A program made the position numbers and the translations under genes. Under the pieces are notes generated by a model. It ran no database searches, was not told the DNA's origin, and saw nothing but the letters and a program-made list of their open reading frames with translations. Shown in pieces: positions 32,607 through 42,097 of a stretch of DNA of 64,000 nucleotides (position 1 is its first letter; every line of letters starts with the position of its first letter). The stretch lies in NCBI GenBank assembly GCA_963695095.1, contig CAVOFT010000001.1, forward strand, positions 512,001 through 576,000, read 5' to 3'. This DNA comes from an uncultured bacterium. Lineage in GTDB: Bacteria; Krumholzibacteriota; Krumholzibacteriia; JACNKJ01.

Positions 32607-35411
32607 ACGAATCCGCCCGCGCGCATCGAGACCTGGCGACGCCGCATCGCCGTCCTGGCCGGCCTCGGGCTTCTGATCCTCAGCCTGCCGCGAGCCCAGC
32701 CGCAGGCCGCCCCAAGGGGCAGAGCGGCGGAGCTCGCGCGCATCGACTCCCTGCGCAGCCTCTGGCGGGGCGCCGAGGCGCTCCTGCGCATCGATTCCCT
32801 CCTTCCCGCCGTGCGCGCCGAGGGCGACGCCACCCTCCTGTTTGAGCTGCTCCTGCGCCAGGGCGAGTTGCGGACCTCCCTGGGCGACGCCGATCGGGCC
32901 ACGGCCCCGCTCGAGGAGGCCCTGGCCATCGCCCTGGCCCGCGGCGACCCGCAGGGGCGTTTGTCGGCGCTGCGCTGGCTGGGCCTCGCCTGGGAAGGCC
33001 AGGGGCAGGCGGGCGAGGCGACACGTCTCTACCAGGAGCTGCAGAATCTCGCGGCGGCCGCGGGCGACGCCAAGCACCAGGGCTGGGCTCAGGTGGGCCT
33101 GGCCTGGCAGGACTATCTCGCCGGGCGCAGCGCTCGCAGCGCGGAGCGTTACCGGCAGGCCATCGCGCACTTCGCGACCACCGACGAGCGCCGCGGTGAG
33201 TTCTGGGCCTGGAATGGCCTGGGCGCCTCGCTGGCTGGTCTGGGCGATTTCCCGGGAGCAAGGGACTGCTACGCGCGCGCCGCCGGCGGGGCGCGCAGGG
33301 CAGGCGATGCCACCGTGGAGGCCATGGCCGAGAACAATCTCGGGGCGCTTGCCATGGATCTGGGCGACCCGGGCGACGCCATCCTGCACTTCGATCGCGC
33401 GCGACAGCTGGAGATCGCGGGAGGCTATGCGAAGGGCGCCTTCCTGCCCGCCTTGAACATCAGCCACTGCGAGCAGGAACTGGGACGCCTCGATGCCGCC
33501 GCCGTCAGCTTGGACTCGCTCCTCGCCGCGAGCCGCCAGGCTGGCTGGCCGGACCTCGAAGCGCGGACGCTGCTGCAGCAGGCCACCCTGGCCATGGACC
33601 GCGGGCGACCGCAGCAGGCTGCCGTCCACTACCGGGAAGCCCTTGCCCTGGGGGAGCGACTCCCGCCGCGCAGCGGCCTCGAGGCGCGGCTCGGTCTCGC
33701 GCGCGCGATCGGAGAGAGCGATGGCAATGCCGCTGCCCTGGCGGTGCTTCAGATCGAGGACGCCGGCGCCGCCGACGTCGAGGACCGCGTTCTCCGCCTC
33801 GCGATTGCCGCCGAGGCCGCGAAGCACCTGCTCGCCCTGGGCCGCCCCGCCGAGGCGCTCTTGCGCCTGCGCGCCGTCGGCGCCGAGGCGGAGCGGCTGG
33901 GATTGAACGGCATTCGCGTCGAGGCGCTGGCGCGCGCGGCGGCGGCCCATGCCGCCCTGGGCCGGCCCGACAGCGCGCTGGTCCTGCTGCGGCGCGGCGC
34001 CGAGGTCTGGGAGGCCGAGCGGGGCTTGCCGCGCGATGCCCAGTGGCGCGAGCAACGCGGGGCTGCCGCGCACTTCCTCTACTGCGAGCTGGCCGCGGCG
34101 CTGCTGGCGCCCCGCGATGGCCTGAGCGAGGCTGAGCGCCGCCGCGAGGCCTTCGATCAGCTGCAGCGCTTCAAGGCCCGCACGCTGCAAGAGCGGATGC
34201 TGGGGCCCGGCATGCACGTGGGCGCGCCGGATGCCGGCTGGGAAGCGGCGAACCTGGAGCGCCTGCAGGGCGAGACGCTGCGCAAGGGAGAGCTGCTGCT
34301 GGACCTCTATCTGGGCCCGGAGTGCTCGCTCCTCATTGCCGTCACCCGCGAGGACTGCCATGCTCTCCTGCTGCCGGCCGAGCGGCTCATCGCTCCGCGT
34401 CTGCGCAGCTTGCACGCCCTGCTGATGCGACCGCCGGACCCCGGCCGCAGCGGCGCCCAGCAGCGGGCCGAAGCGGCCGTCCTGGAGGCAGCGGCCGCCA
34501 CGCTGCGCGGGCAGCTCTTCGGCGGCATCGAGGACCTGCTCGCGGATTGTCACCGGGTCATCCTCGTCCCGGACGGGTCGCTCAATCTGCTCGCTCCCGC
34601 GCAGCTCGATGCCGGTGGCGAGCGCGAGTGGATGCGCGTGCCCGCCGCCGCCGTGCTGGTGCAGCTGCGCGCTCGCCGGCAGGCGACGCGCCCGCCGGGA
34701 CCGCCCCGCGTGCTGGCCATTGCCACGGCCGCCGGCGAGCAGGCCCTGCCGGGCGCGCAGCGCGAGCTGGAGACCCTTGCCCGCAGCTACGCCGGTGTCC
34801 AGGCGCGCGTGCTGGCGGATTCGGCGTCCGCAGTGCTCGCCCCCGAAGGCCTGTGCGGCTTCGACCTGCTGCATCTGGCAGCCCACGCCGAGGTAGACGA
34901 TCAGAACCCCTGGCAGTCTGCGCTGCTGCTCGGGCCGAACCGGGCGCGCTTGAGCGCGGCCGAGATCGCCCGCAGCCGTCTCGACGCCCGGCTGGCCGTC
35001 CTGGCCGCCTGCGCATCCGCGAGCGGTCGGGTGCTTTCGGGCGAGGGCGTACTCGGCCTGGCCAGCGCCTTCCTCAGTGCCGGATCGCCTGCCGTCATCG
35101 CCACGCTTTGGCCCGTGGATGACGCCAGCACGGCGGCGCTGATGGAGCGCTTCTACGCCGGCCTCGCCGAAGGCCGCAGCGCCGCCGCGGCCCTGGCCGC
35201 CGCGCAGGCGGCCCTGGCCGCCGATCCCCGCACCGCCCATCCATTTTTTTGGGCTGGGGTCGTGCTTATCGGCGATGGCGAGGGAGTGCTGCCCTTGGCC
35301 CCGCGCTCCTTCCTGGCGCGGCGTGGCGGGCAGTTGATCGCCGCTCTGGCAGCGCTGCTGCTGCTCAGCATCGCCCTGCGCCCCGCGCGAAAAAGAGTCG
35401 CGCACCTGTGA
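32607..35411 (+). CDS. TPR-CHAT (caspase HetF-associated) protease, with N-terminal signal and C-terminal TM; start uncertain (ACG 32607 or GTG 32811)
   Basis: TPR-like helices (AWNGLGA, AENNLGA, ALNISH); CHAT motifs LVPDGSL, LHLAAH, VLAACAS, GEGVLGLASAFLSAG, ATLWPVDD, LMERFY, HPFFWAGVVLIG. Confidence 0.88.
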   Translation, partial: TNPPARIETWRRRIAVLAGLGLLILSLPRAQPQAAPRGRAAELARIDSLRSLWRGAEALLRIDSLLPAVRAEGDATLLFELLLRQGELRTSLGDADRATAPLEEALAIALARGDPQGRLSALRWLGLAWEGQGQAGEATRLYQELQNLAAAAGDAKHQGWAQVGLAWQDYLAGRSARSAERYRQAIAHFATTDERRGEFWAWNGLGASLAGLGDFPGARDCYARAAGGARRAGDATVEAMAENNLGALAMDLGDPGDAILHFDRARQLEIAGGYAKGAFLPALNISHCEQELGRLDAAAVSLDSLLAASRQAGWPDLEARTLLQQATLAMDRGRPQQAAVHYREALALGERLPPRSGLEARLGLARAIGESDGNAAALAVLQIEDAGAADVEDRVLRLAIAAEAAKHLLALGRPAEALLRLRAVGAEAERLGLNGIRVEALARAAAAHAALGRPDSALVLLRRGAEVWEAERGLPRDAQWREQRGAAAHFLYCELAAALLAPRDGLSEAERRREAFDQLQRFKARTLQERMLGPGMHVGAPDAGWEAANLERLQGETLRKGELLLDLYLGPECSLLIAVTREDCHALLLPAERLIAPRLRSLHALLMRPPDPGRSGAQQRAEAAVLEAAAATLRGQLFGGIEDLLADCHRVILVPDGSLNLLAPAQLDAGGEREWMRVPAAAVLVQLRARRQATRPPGPPRVLAIATAAGEQALPGAQRELETLARSYAGVQARVLADSASAVLAPEGLCGFDLLHLAAHAEVDDQNPWQSALLLGPNRARLSAAEIARSRLDARLAVLAACASASGRVLSGEGVLGLASAFLSAGSPAVIATLWPVDDASTAALMERFYAGLAEGRSAAAALAAAQAALAADPRTAHPFFWAGVVLIGDGEGVLPLAPRSFLARRGGQLIAALAALLLLSIALRPARKRVAHL

Positions 35412-35758
35412 TTCTCGCCTGCCTGCCGGTTCCCACGGACAGCGCACAGGAGGCCAGCCCTCGCAGGGCGGTGCGGTTTGGGTCTGTTGGGGAGGGCTGG
35501 CCCCTTGCCTTGTCTCTCGACGCCCAGCTGGCGAACCTTGGCGTCGGAGCCGGCGACACGACAGCATCCTGAAATGAGGCGCAAGCGCGGCAGGGACGCC
35601 GCAGCTACGCCTTAGGCCCGGGTCGCCCCCCTGCGCCCCGGGCATTTTGTTGGCTCGCGATCGTCCTCGCTCTCGCCGCATCATGGCGCTCGCGCTCGCC
35701 CTCTCGCGCGCCGCTTCAAAGGCGCGCGACCCGGACGACCGCTCGTTTGCACGCAAGA

Positions 35759-35787
35759 TTGACCCGCCCACAGGGCCTTGCTACTTT
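35759..35787 (+). promoter_or_regulatory. sigma70 promoter upstream of mfd
   Basis: TTGACC-N17-TACTTT with extended -10 TG. Confidence 0.55.
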
Positions 35788-35882
35788 GCCTAGCGGCGCC
35801 GGAGGCGGCGTCGCGAGTGTGCGAGAGCCCCCCGGTTCTGCCGGCCGGGGCTAGGTCTGTTTGCCGCCAGGAGCGCGACCGC

Positions 35883-38800
35883 ATGGCCCTTCTCGACGAT
35901 CTCCCGCGCCTGGCCGGCCCTGCTGCCGCCTTGCGCGAGGCCCTGAGCGCCGGGAGCCTCCGCCGCGTGCTCACGGGGCTCAAGGGCTCGAGCCTGCCGC
36001 TCCTGCTCGCCCGGCTCGAGCGGGAGCTGGCGGTCGATGCGCGGCCCTGGGTGATCCTCACCGCCCAGAGCGCGGAAGCCGAAGGCATCGCCGAAGACCT
36101 GCGCACCTTCGGGGCCGCGGGCGTGGAGCACCTGCCGGAACTCGAGGTGCTGCCCTTCGATCGCCACGGGGCCGAGCGCAACCTCATCGCCCGCCGGCTC
36201 GAAGTGCTCGATGCGCTCGAGCAGGGCCGTGCGCGCTTCCTCTGCACCAGCGCGGGCGCCTGGCTGCCGAAGGTGCTGCCGCCGGCGCTGCTCGCCGAGC
36301 GGCGCTTCCAGCTCAAGCCGGGCATGGAGATCGACCTCGACGAACTCGCAGATCGCCTGACCGCCCTCGGCTATCGCCGCGTGGGGCTCGTGAACGAGCC
36401 CGGCGATTTCGCGATCAAGGGCGGGATCGTGGACCTCTTCGCACCCAGTCCGGACAGCGAGGAGCCGGTGCGCCTGGAGTTCTTCGGCGACACCCTGGAG
36501 AGCCTGCGCGGCTTCGACCCCGCCACGCAGTGCTCCACCGGTACACTCGCGGAAGCCAGGGTGCTCCCCTGCGGGCCGGTGCTCCTGGCCGAGAGCGACC
36601 GCCGGCGGGCCGTGCGCGAGCTGCAGAGGCTCCACCCCGCCGACTCTGTACTCGTGGAGGACCTGGCCGCAAGCTTCATGGAGGGGATTGCCTTCGAGGG
36701 CATCGACCGCTACAGCGCCTACTTCGTCCCGGAGGTGCCGCTCTCGCAGTACTTCGCGGCCGGCTGCCGGCTGCTCATCCTGGATGCGCAAGCCGTCGCC
36801 TCACGCTGGGAGCAGCTCGCCGCCGACGCGGTGAGCCGTCGCGCCAAGGCGGAGGCCAATGACGAGCTGCCGCCCGCGGCGAGCGCGGCCTATCTGGATG
36901 CCGCCGCCCTGCAGACCCTGCTGGACCGCCCCGAGCTGCTGCTCGTCGAGGACGAGCTGGCCGAGGCGATGGCCAGCCCGCGCGCGCCGGTGCTGAAGTT
37001 CGCGAGCAAGAGCCAGCCCGCCTTCGGCAGCAGCGTCAAGGCCCTGCGCGAGGATCTCGGCAGCCTGGCCGCCGCCGGCTACCGCATCCACGTCTTCTGC
37101 GACAACCAGGGTCAGGCCGATCGCCTGGCGGAGATCCTGGCCGAGCACGAGCAGGCCCTGCATCTGCCCGTGGGCGACCTGCAGCACGGCTTTCTGCTGC
37201 CGGACGAAGGGCTGGCCGTCTACACCGACCACGAGATCTTCGACCGCTACAAGCGCATCCGCCGCCGCCGCCGGCTCTACCGCGGCGCTCCCGTGCGCGA
37301 CCGCGCCAGCCTGCGTCCGGGCGACTACGTCGTGCACATCGAGCACGGCGTGGCCCGCTACCAGGGGATGAAGAAGCTCAGCGTGCTGGGCGAGGAGCGC
37401 GAGGTCCTGCACCTGAGCTATGCCGACGAGCAGCAGCTCTACGTGCCCGTCGAGCAGATCCACCTGGTGGAGAAGTACGGCAACCAGGAGGATGGCGCGC
37501 CGCGCCTGAACCGCCTCGGCGAGAAGGCCTGGCTGCGCACGCGCAAGAAGGCCGAAAAGGCCGTGCGCGAGATGGCCATGGACCTGCTCGAGCTCTACGC
37601 CAAGCGCCAGGCCAGCCCCGGCTTCGCCTCCGGCGCCGACACGCCCTGGCAGAAGGAGCTGGAGGCCAGCTTTCTCTACCAGGATACGCCCGATCAGGCC
37701 CGGGCGGCGGCCGAGACGAAGGCCGACATGGAGCGCCCGCGGCCCATGGATCGCCTCGTCTGCGGCGACGTCGGCTTCGGCAAGACCGAGGTGGCGATTC
37801 GCGCCGCCTTCAAGGCCGTGCAGGCCGGCAAGCAGGTGGCCGTGCTCGTGCCGACCACCATTCTCGCCCAGCAGCACCTGCAGACCTTCACCGAGCGCCT
37901 GCGCGAGTACCCGCTGCGCATCGAGATGGTCAGCCGCTTCCGCTCGAGCGCGCAGATCAAGGAGACCCTGAAGCGCCTCGCCGCGGGCGAGCTGGACATC
38001 GTCATCGGCACGCACCGGCTGCTGTCGGCCGACGTCGCCTTCAAGGATCTGGGTCTGCTCGTCATCGACGAGGAGCACCGCTTCGGCGTCGCCCACAAGG
38101 AGAAGCTCAAGCGCGCGCGGGCCGCGGTGGACGTGCTCACGCTCACCGCCACGCCGATTCCGCGCACGCTGCACATGGCCCTCGGCGGCATTCGCGACGT
38201 TTCGCTGATCCGCACGCCGCCGCTCGACCGCCTGCCCGTGCACACGGAGATCGCCGCCTTCGACGACGAGATCATGAAGGAGGCCATCCTGCGCGAGATG
38301 GATCGCGGCGGGCAGGTCTTCTTCGTGCACAACCGCGTGGAGACCATCGACGCGATGGCGGCCTACCTGGGCGAGCTCCTGCCGGATCTGCGCCTTGCCG
38401 TCGGTCACGGCCAGATGAGCGACCACCAGCTCGAGCGCGTCATGGTGGACTTCATCGAGGGCGAGTACGACGTGCTCGTGAGCACGATGATCATCGAGTC
38501 AGGACTGGACATCCCGCGCGTGAACACCATCTTGATCAACCGCGCCGACCGCTTCGGGCTGGCCCAGCTCCACCAGCTGCGCGGCCGCGTCGGCCGCAGC
38601 CGCCAACGTGCTCACTGTCTGCTCATGGTGCCCCGCGACCGCGACGTCACCGAGGACAGCCGCCGCCGACTGGAGGCCCTGGTCGAGCACGATGAGCTGG
38701 GCGCCGGCTACAAGCTGGCCCTGCGCGACCTCGAGATCCGCGGCGCCGGCAACATGCTGGGCGCGCAGCAGCACGGCCACCTGGCCGCCGTCGGCTTCGA

Positions 38801-39320
38801 CCTCTACCTGCGCCTGGTCGCCCAGGCCGTGCGGGAGCTGCGCGAGGGCAAGAGCTACGTCCAGGACGTGCGCGTGGAATCCCGCCTCGACGCCCGCCTG
38901 CCTGATGACTACGTCCCCGATGCCGAGCAGAAGATGCTCCTCTACCAGCGCATGGGCCACATCGATCGCCTGGATGAGGCGCAGGCGCTCAGGCGGGAAA
39001 TTCGCGACCGCTTCGGCGAGCTGCCGGGGCCGGTGGAGAACCTGTTCTTGCTCCTGGAGGTGAAGGTGCTGGCCCAGGCGGCCGGGGTGGCCCGCGTCGA
39101 GCTCGGCGCGTGCACGCGACTGGAACTGCAGGCCGGGGCGGGACTACCGCCTGCGGTCGTGGCGGACTTGGCGCGGGACTTCGGACGCGATATACTCTTC
39201 AAGGGCAAGGATCCCCTGGTCCTGGAACTCCGCGCCGGTGCGGGCGAACACATCGACAAGGTGCGAAACCTGTTGAAGTCCATGGAGGGCTGTGCTACTT
39301 CATTAGCTTCAAATGCTTGA
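35883..39320 (+). CDS. mfd: Transcription-repair coupling factor
   Basis: PGDYVVHIEHGVARY, MDRLVCGDVGFGKTEVA, DEEHRFG, TATPIPRT, GLAQLHQLRGRVGRS, RDLEIRGAGN. Confidence 0.97.
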   Translation: MALLDDLPRLAGPAAALREALSAGSLRRVLTGLKGSSLPLLLARLERELAVDARPWVILTAQSAEAEGIAEDLRTFGAAGVEHLPELEVLPFDRHGAERNLIARRLEVLDALEQGRARFLCTSAGAWLPKVLPPALLAERRFQLKPGMEIDLDELADRLTALGYRRVGLVNEPGDFAIKGGIVDLFAPSPDSEEPVRLEFFGDTLESLRGFDPATQCSTGTLAEARVLPCGPVLLAESDRRRAVRELQRLHPADSVLVEDLAASFMEGIAFEGIDRYSAYFVPEVPLSQYFAAGCRLLILDAQAVASRWEQLAADAVSRRAKAEANDELPPAASAAYLDAAALQTLLDRPELLLVEDELAEAMASPRAPVLKFASKSQPAFGSSVKALREDLGSLAAAGYRIHVFCDNQGQADRLAEILAEHEQALHLPVGDLQHGFLLPDEGLAVYTDHEIFDRYKRIRRRRRLYRGAPVRDRASLRPGDYVVHIEHGVARYQGMKKLSVLGEEREVLHLSYADEQQLYVPVEQIHLVEKYGNQEDGAPRLNRLGEKAWLRTRKKAEKAVREMAMDLLELYAKRQASPGFASGADTPWQKELEASFLYQDTPDQARAAAETKADMERPRPMDRLVCGDVGFGKTEVAIRAAFKAVQAGKQVAVLVPTTILAQQHLQTFTERLREYPLRIEMVSRFRSSAQIKETLKRLAAGELDIVIGTHRLLSADVAFKDLGLLVIDEEHRFGVAHKEKLKRARAAVDVLTLTATPIPRTLHMALGGIRDVSLIRTPPLDRLPVHTEIAAFDDEIMKEAILREMDRGGQVFFVHNRVETIDAMAAYLGELLPDLRLAVGHGQMSDHQLERVMVDFIEGEYDVLVSTMIIESGLDIPRVNTILINRADRFGLAQLHQLRGRVGRSRQRAHCLLMVPRDRDVTEDSRRRLEALVEHDELGAGYKLALRDLEIRGAGNMLGAQQHGHLAAVGFDLYLRLVAQAVRELREGKSYVQDVRVESRLDARLPDDYVPDAEQKMLLYQRMGHIDRLDEAQALRREIRDRFGELPGPVENLFLLLEVKVLAQAAGVARVELGACTRLELQAGAGLPPAVVADLARDFGRDILFKGKDPLVLELRAGAGEHIDKVRNLLKSMEGCATSLASNA

Positions 39321-39420
39321 AAGCATGGGCTTTAGCCGGCATTTCACCCGGGCCGGCGGCGGTGGCCGCCAGCGGGGACGCCGAGTCGCCCTCTGCCTTT
39401 CCGAAATCCAAGCGAGGTGA

Positions 39421-41175
39421 ATGATGGCCATGGCAACGCTGCGGGCGGCCTGCGCCCTGGGGCTGCTCCTGACGGTGACCCTGGGCGGCTGCGGTAGTAA
39501 GAACCCCGACAAGGTGGTAGCGACCGTCAACGAGGTGCCGATCACCGTCGGCTACCTCGAGGCGAAGTGGGCCAAGCTGGCCGGGAGCGACGCGGACTAC
39601 GTGCCGACCGCGGCCAACAACGACTCGCTCCAGAAGGCCGTGCTCGACATTTTGATCAACAAGGAGCTGATGGTCGACAAGGCGAAGCAGGAGAAGTACG
39701 TCGAGGATGCCGTCTACAAAGAGGCCTACGAGAATCAGCTGAGCTATCGCCTCATCGAACTGCTCAAGAACAAGCAGGTCGTGGACAAGCTGCCGACCTT
39801 CGCGGAAGAGGATATCCAGGCGCACTACAAGTACGTGGGTCTGACCGTCAATGCCCGCCATATCGACATGGATACCGAGGAGGACGCCAAGGCGGTCGTC
39901 GCTGCGCTGCGCAAGGGCGAGATCAGCTTCGCCGACGCCGTGCTCAAGCACTCCACGGCCCAGGATCGGGACCGCGGCGGCGATCTCGGCGCGGTCAAGT
40001 TCGGCACCAACATCAAGCCGGTCGAGGATGCCCTCTTCAACATGAAGGAGGGCGAGATCACCGATCCGATCGGCACGCCCTATGGCTGGGGCATCTTCAT
40101 CGTCGACAAGATCAAGGAGTCCAAAGCCGAAGAGTACGCTTCCGTGCGCGAGAGCATCAAGCACCGCTTGGAGATGCGCGCGCTACGCGAGCTGGGCGGC
40201 AAGCACGCCGAGGACGTGCTCAAGAAGTACGGCTTCAAGTTCAATTGGGATGCCGCGGAGATCATCCTCCGCTATATGCCCGACGATCTGTCGCCCTCGC
40301 AGGCGGCGCAGGCGCGGGCGACGACCGAAGAGAAGCCGATCCTCAAGTTCACGCCCGAGGAGCTGAAGGTGACGCTCTACGAGTTGGAGGGCAAGCCCTA
40401 CACGCTGGCCGAGTTCTCCGACGAGTACGACCGCCTGCACCCCTTCGCCCGGCCGCAGAAGGGCAATCGGCTGCAGGGCGTCTACAACTACGTGCAGAAG
40501 GAAGTGGTCGGCATCACGATGCCCAAGGAGGCGCGCGCGATCGGCCTCGACAAGGACCCCGAGCTGATCCTGGCCATGAAGGAGTTCGAGGAGCAATCCT
40601 GCATCGGCGCCGTCCGGCGCATGCTCGTCGATCGGGATCTGGAGATCACCGAGGCCGATGTGCGCAAGTTCTACGACGAGAACCCGCGCTACTACACGCT
40701 CAAGCCGCAAGTGCGCTGCAAGCAGCTCATCACCAGCGAAGAGGCCAAGATCCAGGAAGCCTCGCGCCGCCTGCAGGCTGGGGAGACCTTCGATGCGGTG
40801 GGCAGCGATATCTCGATCGTCTTCAATCGCCAGTGGATCACGGACTGGTTCACGCCCGATTCGCTGGCGAATCCCGAGAACGAGGCGATCCGCCTGATCA
40901 GTCGCCTGCAGGCGCCGGGCCAGGTGACCCCGCCCTTCTACTACCAGGGTTACTGGGGCATCATGCAGCTCTTCGAGACCCGGGCCGAACAGCTCATGGA
41001 CTTCGCGGATGCGCGGCCGCGCGCGGAGCAGGATCTGCGCGAGGTGACGTCCAATGCCCGCCTGGACTCGCTGCTGTCGATCTGGCGCGGCGAGGCCAAG
41101 ATCGAGATCAACGAGCGCTTGCTGGCGAAGACGGAGAAGGGCCCCGATCCCAATCCGAACCGGGGACGCTTCTAG
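39421..41175 (+). CDS. PpiC-type peptidyl-prolyl isomerase lipoprotein (PrsA/SurA-like)
   Basis: Lipobox LGGC, VVATVNEVPIT, ARHI, F..AV.KHS, GGDLG, second rotamase-like domain. Confidence 0.85.
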   Translation: MMAMATLRAACALGLLLTVTLGGCGSKNPDKVVATVNEVPITVGYLEAKWAKLAGSDADYVPTAANNDSLQKAVLDILINKELMVDKAKQEKYVEDAVYKEAYENQLSYRLIELLKNKQVVDKLPTFAEEDIQAHYKYVGLTVNARHIDMDTEEDAKAVVAALRKGEISFADAVLKHSTAQDRDRGGDLGAVKFGTNIKPVEDALFNMKEGEITDPIGTPYGWGIFIVDKIKESKAEEYASVRESIKHRLEMRALRELGGKHAEDVLKKYGFKFNWDAAEIILRYMPDDLSPSQAAQARATTEEKPILKFTPEELKVTLYELEGKPYTLAEFSDEYDRLHPFARPQKGNRLQGVYNYVQKEVVGITMPKEARAIGLDKDPELILAMKEFEEQSCIGAVRRMLVDRDLEITEADVRKFYDENPRYYTLKPQVRCKQLITSEEAKIQEASRRLQAGETFDAVGSDISIVFNRQWITDWFTPDSLANPENEAIRLISRLQAPGQVTPPFYYQGYWGIMQLFETRAEQLMDFADARPRAEQDLREVTSNARLDSLLSIWRGEAKIEINERLLAKTEKGPDPNPNRGRF

Positions 41176-41176
41176 C

Positions 41177-42097
41177 ATGCTCCGGGGAGCCGCCCGCACG
41201 GCACTGCTGCTGGGGCTGGGTCTGGCGGCCCTGGGCTGCGGCGGCAAGCAGGAGGCGGCCCCCGGCGCCCGGCGCGGGGGCCAGCCGACGACGGGCGCGC
41301 CCGAGCGGCTCGACTATCTGGTTCGCGTGGGCAACTCCGCCCTCAGCGAGGAGGATTTTCTCGCCGGCCTGCCCGAGGAGTTCAGCGGGCTGCTCACCGC
41401 CAAGGAGAAGCGCGGCTATCTCGAGCGCTGGGTGGATACTGAGCTGCTTTACCTCGCGGCGCTCGACCGCGGCCTGCTCGAGGACGCTGAGCTGCAGCGG
41501 CGCCTGGAGCAGCAGCGCCGCGAGTACATCGCCAATCATCTCCTGCAGACCGTACTCGTCGAGCGCGTCCAGATTGGCGAGGGGGAGATCGGCGACTACT
41601 ACGCCGCGCATCAAGCTGAGTACTCCTCTGAGTATCGCTATCGCGAGATCGTCGTGCGCAGCCAGGCCGAGGCCGAGGATCTCTACGGGCGCCTCACCCG
41701 CAATGCCATTGCTTTCAGTCGGGCGGCCGAGCAGCATTCGCTGGCCAGTTCCGCTCGCAGTGGCGGCGATCTCGGCTGGCTGGCCAAGGGCGCGATGCCG
41801 CCCGAGGTGGAAGAGCGCATTGCCCGCATGGCGCCGCAGGAGATCTCGCCGCCTTTCGAGACCGCCTGGGGCTGGACGCTGATCCAGTTCCGCGAACGCC
41901 GGGAGAGCCAGCAGCCGCTGGATCTCCAGGAGGTGCGCGACGAGATTCTGCGCTACCTCACCATGGAACGGCGCCGCGCCGTCTACACGGAATATCTGGA
42001 GGAAATCCAGCAGAGCTACCCCGTCCGCTTCCATCCGGAGCTCGACCAACGTTTGTCCAGCAGCGAGTTCTTGCCGTCGACAGAGGAGAGCGAATGA
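41177..42097 (+). CDS. PpiC-type peptidyl-prolyl isomerase lipoprotein
   Basis: Lipobox ALGC, FSRAAEQHS, GGDLGWL, ISPPFETAWGW. Confidence 0.85.
   Translation: MLRGAARTALLLGLGLAALGCGGKQEAAPGARRGGQPTTGAPERLDYLVRVGNSALSEEDFLAGLPEEFSGLLTAKEKRGYLERWVDTELLYLAALDRGLLEDAELQRRLEQQRREYIANHLLQTVLVERVQIGEGEIGDYYAAHQAEYSSEYRYREIVVRSQAEAEDLYGRLTRNAIAFSRAAEQHSLASSARSGGDLGWLAKGAMPPEVEERIARMAPQEISPPFETAWGWTLIQFRERRESQQPLDLQEVRDEILRYLTMERRRAVYTEYLEEIQQSYPVRFHPELDQRLSSSEFLPSTEESE

Noticed and set aside
32589..32625. Selenocysteine recoding of the TGA between anti-sigma and CHAT
   Set aside because: Not a Cys-equivalent catalytic position, no convincing SECIS hairpin, and an SD just downstream favours separate initiation
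31286..35411. Type III-E CRISPR (Craspase) accessory locus
   Set aside because: No Cas7-11, csx30/csx31-like genes or array nearby, and the CHAT protein appears exported and membrane-anchored
32553..35771. Long antisense or alternate-frame ORFs (e.g. 1072 aa at 32553-35771 minus, 865 aa at 3075-5672 minus, 1065 aa at 54419-57616 plus)
   Set aside because: Shadow ORFs expected at this GC content; Arg/Ala/Gly/Pro-rich, no motifs, overlapping well-supported genes
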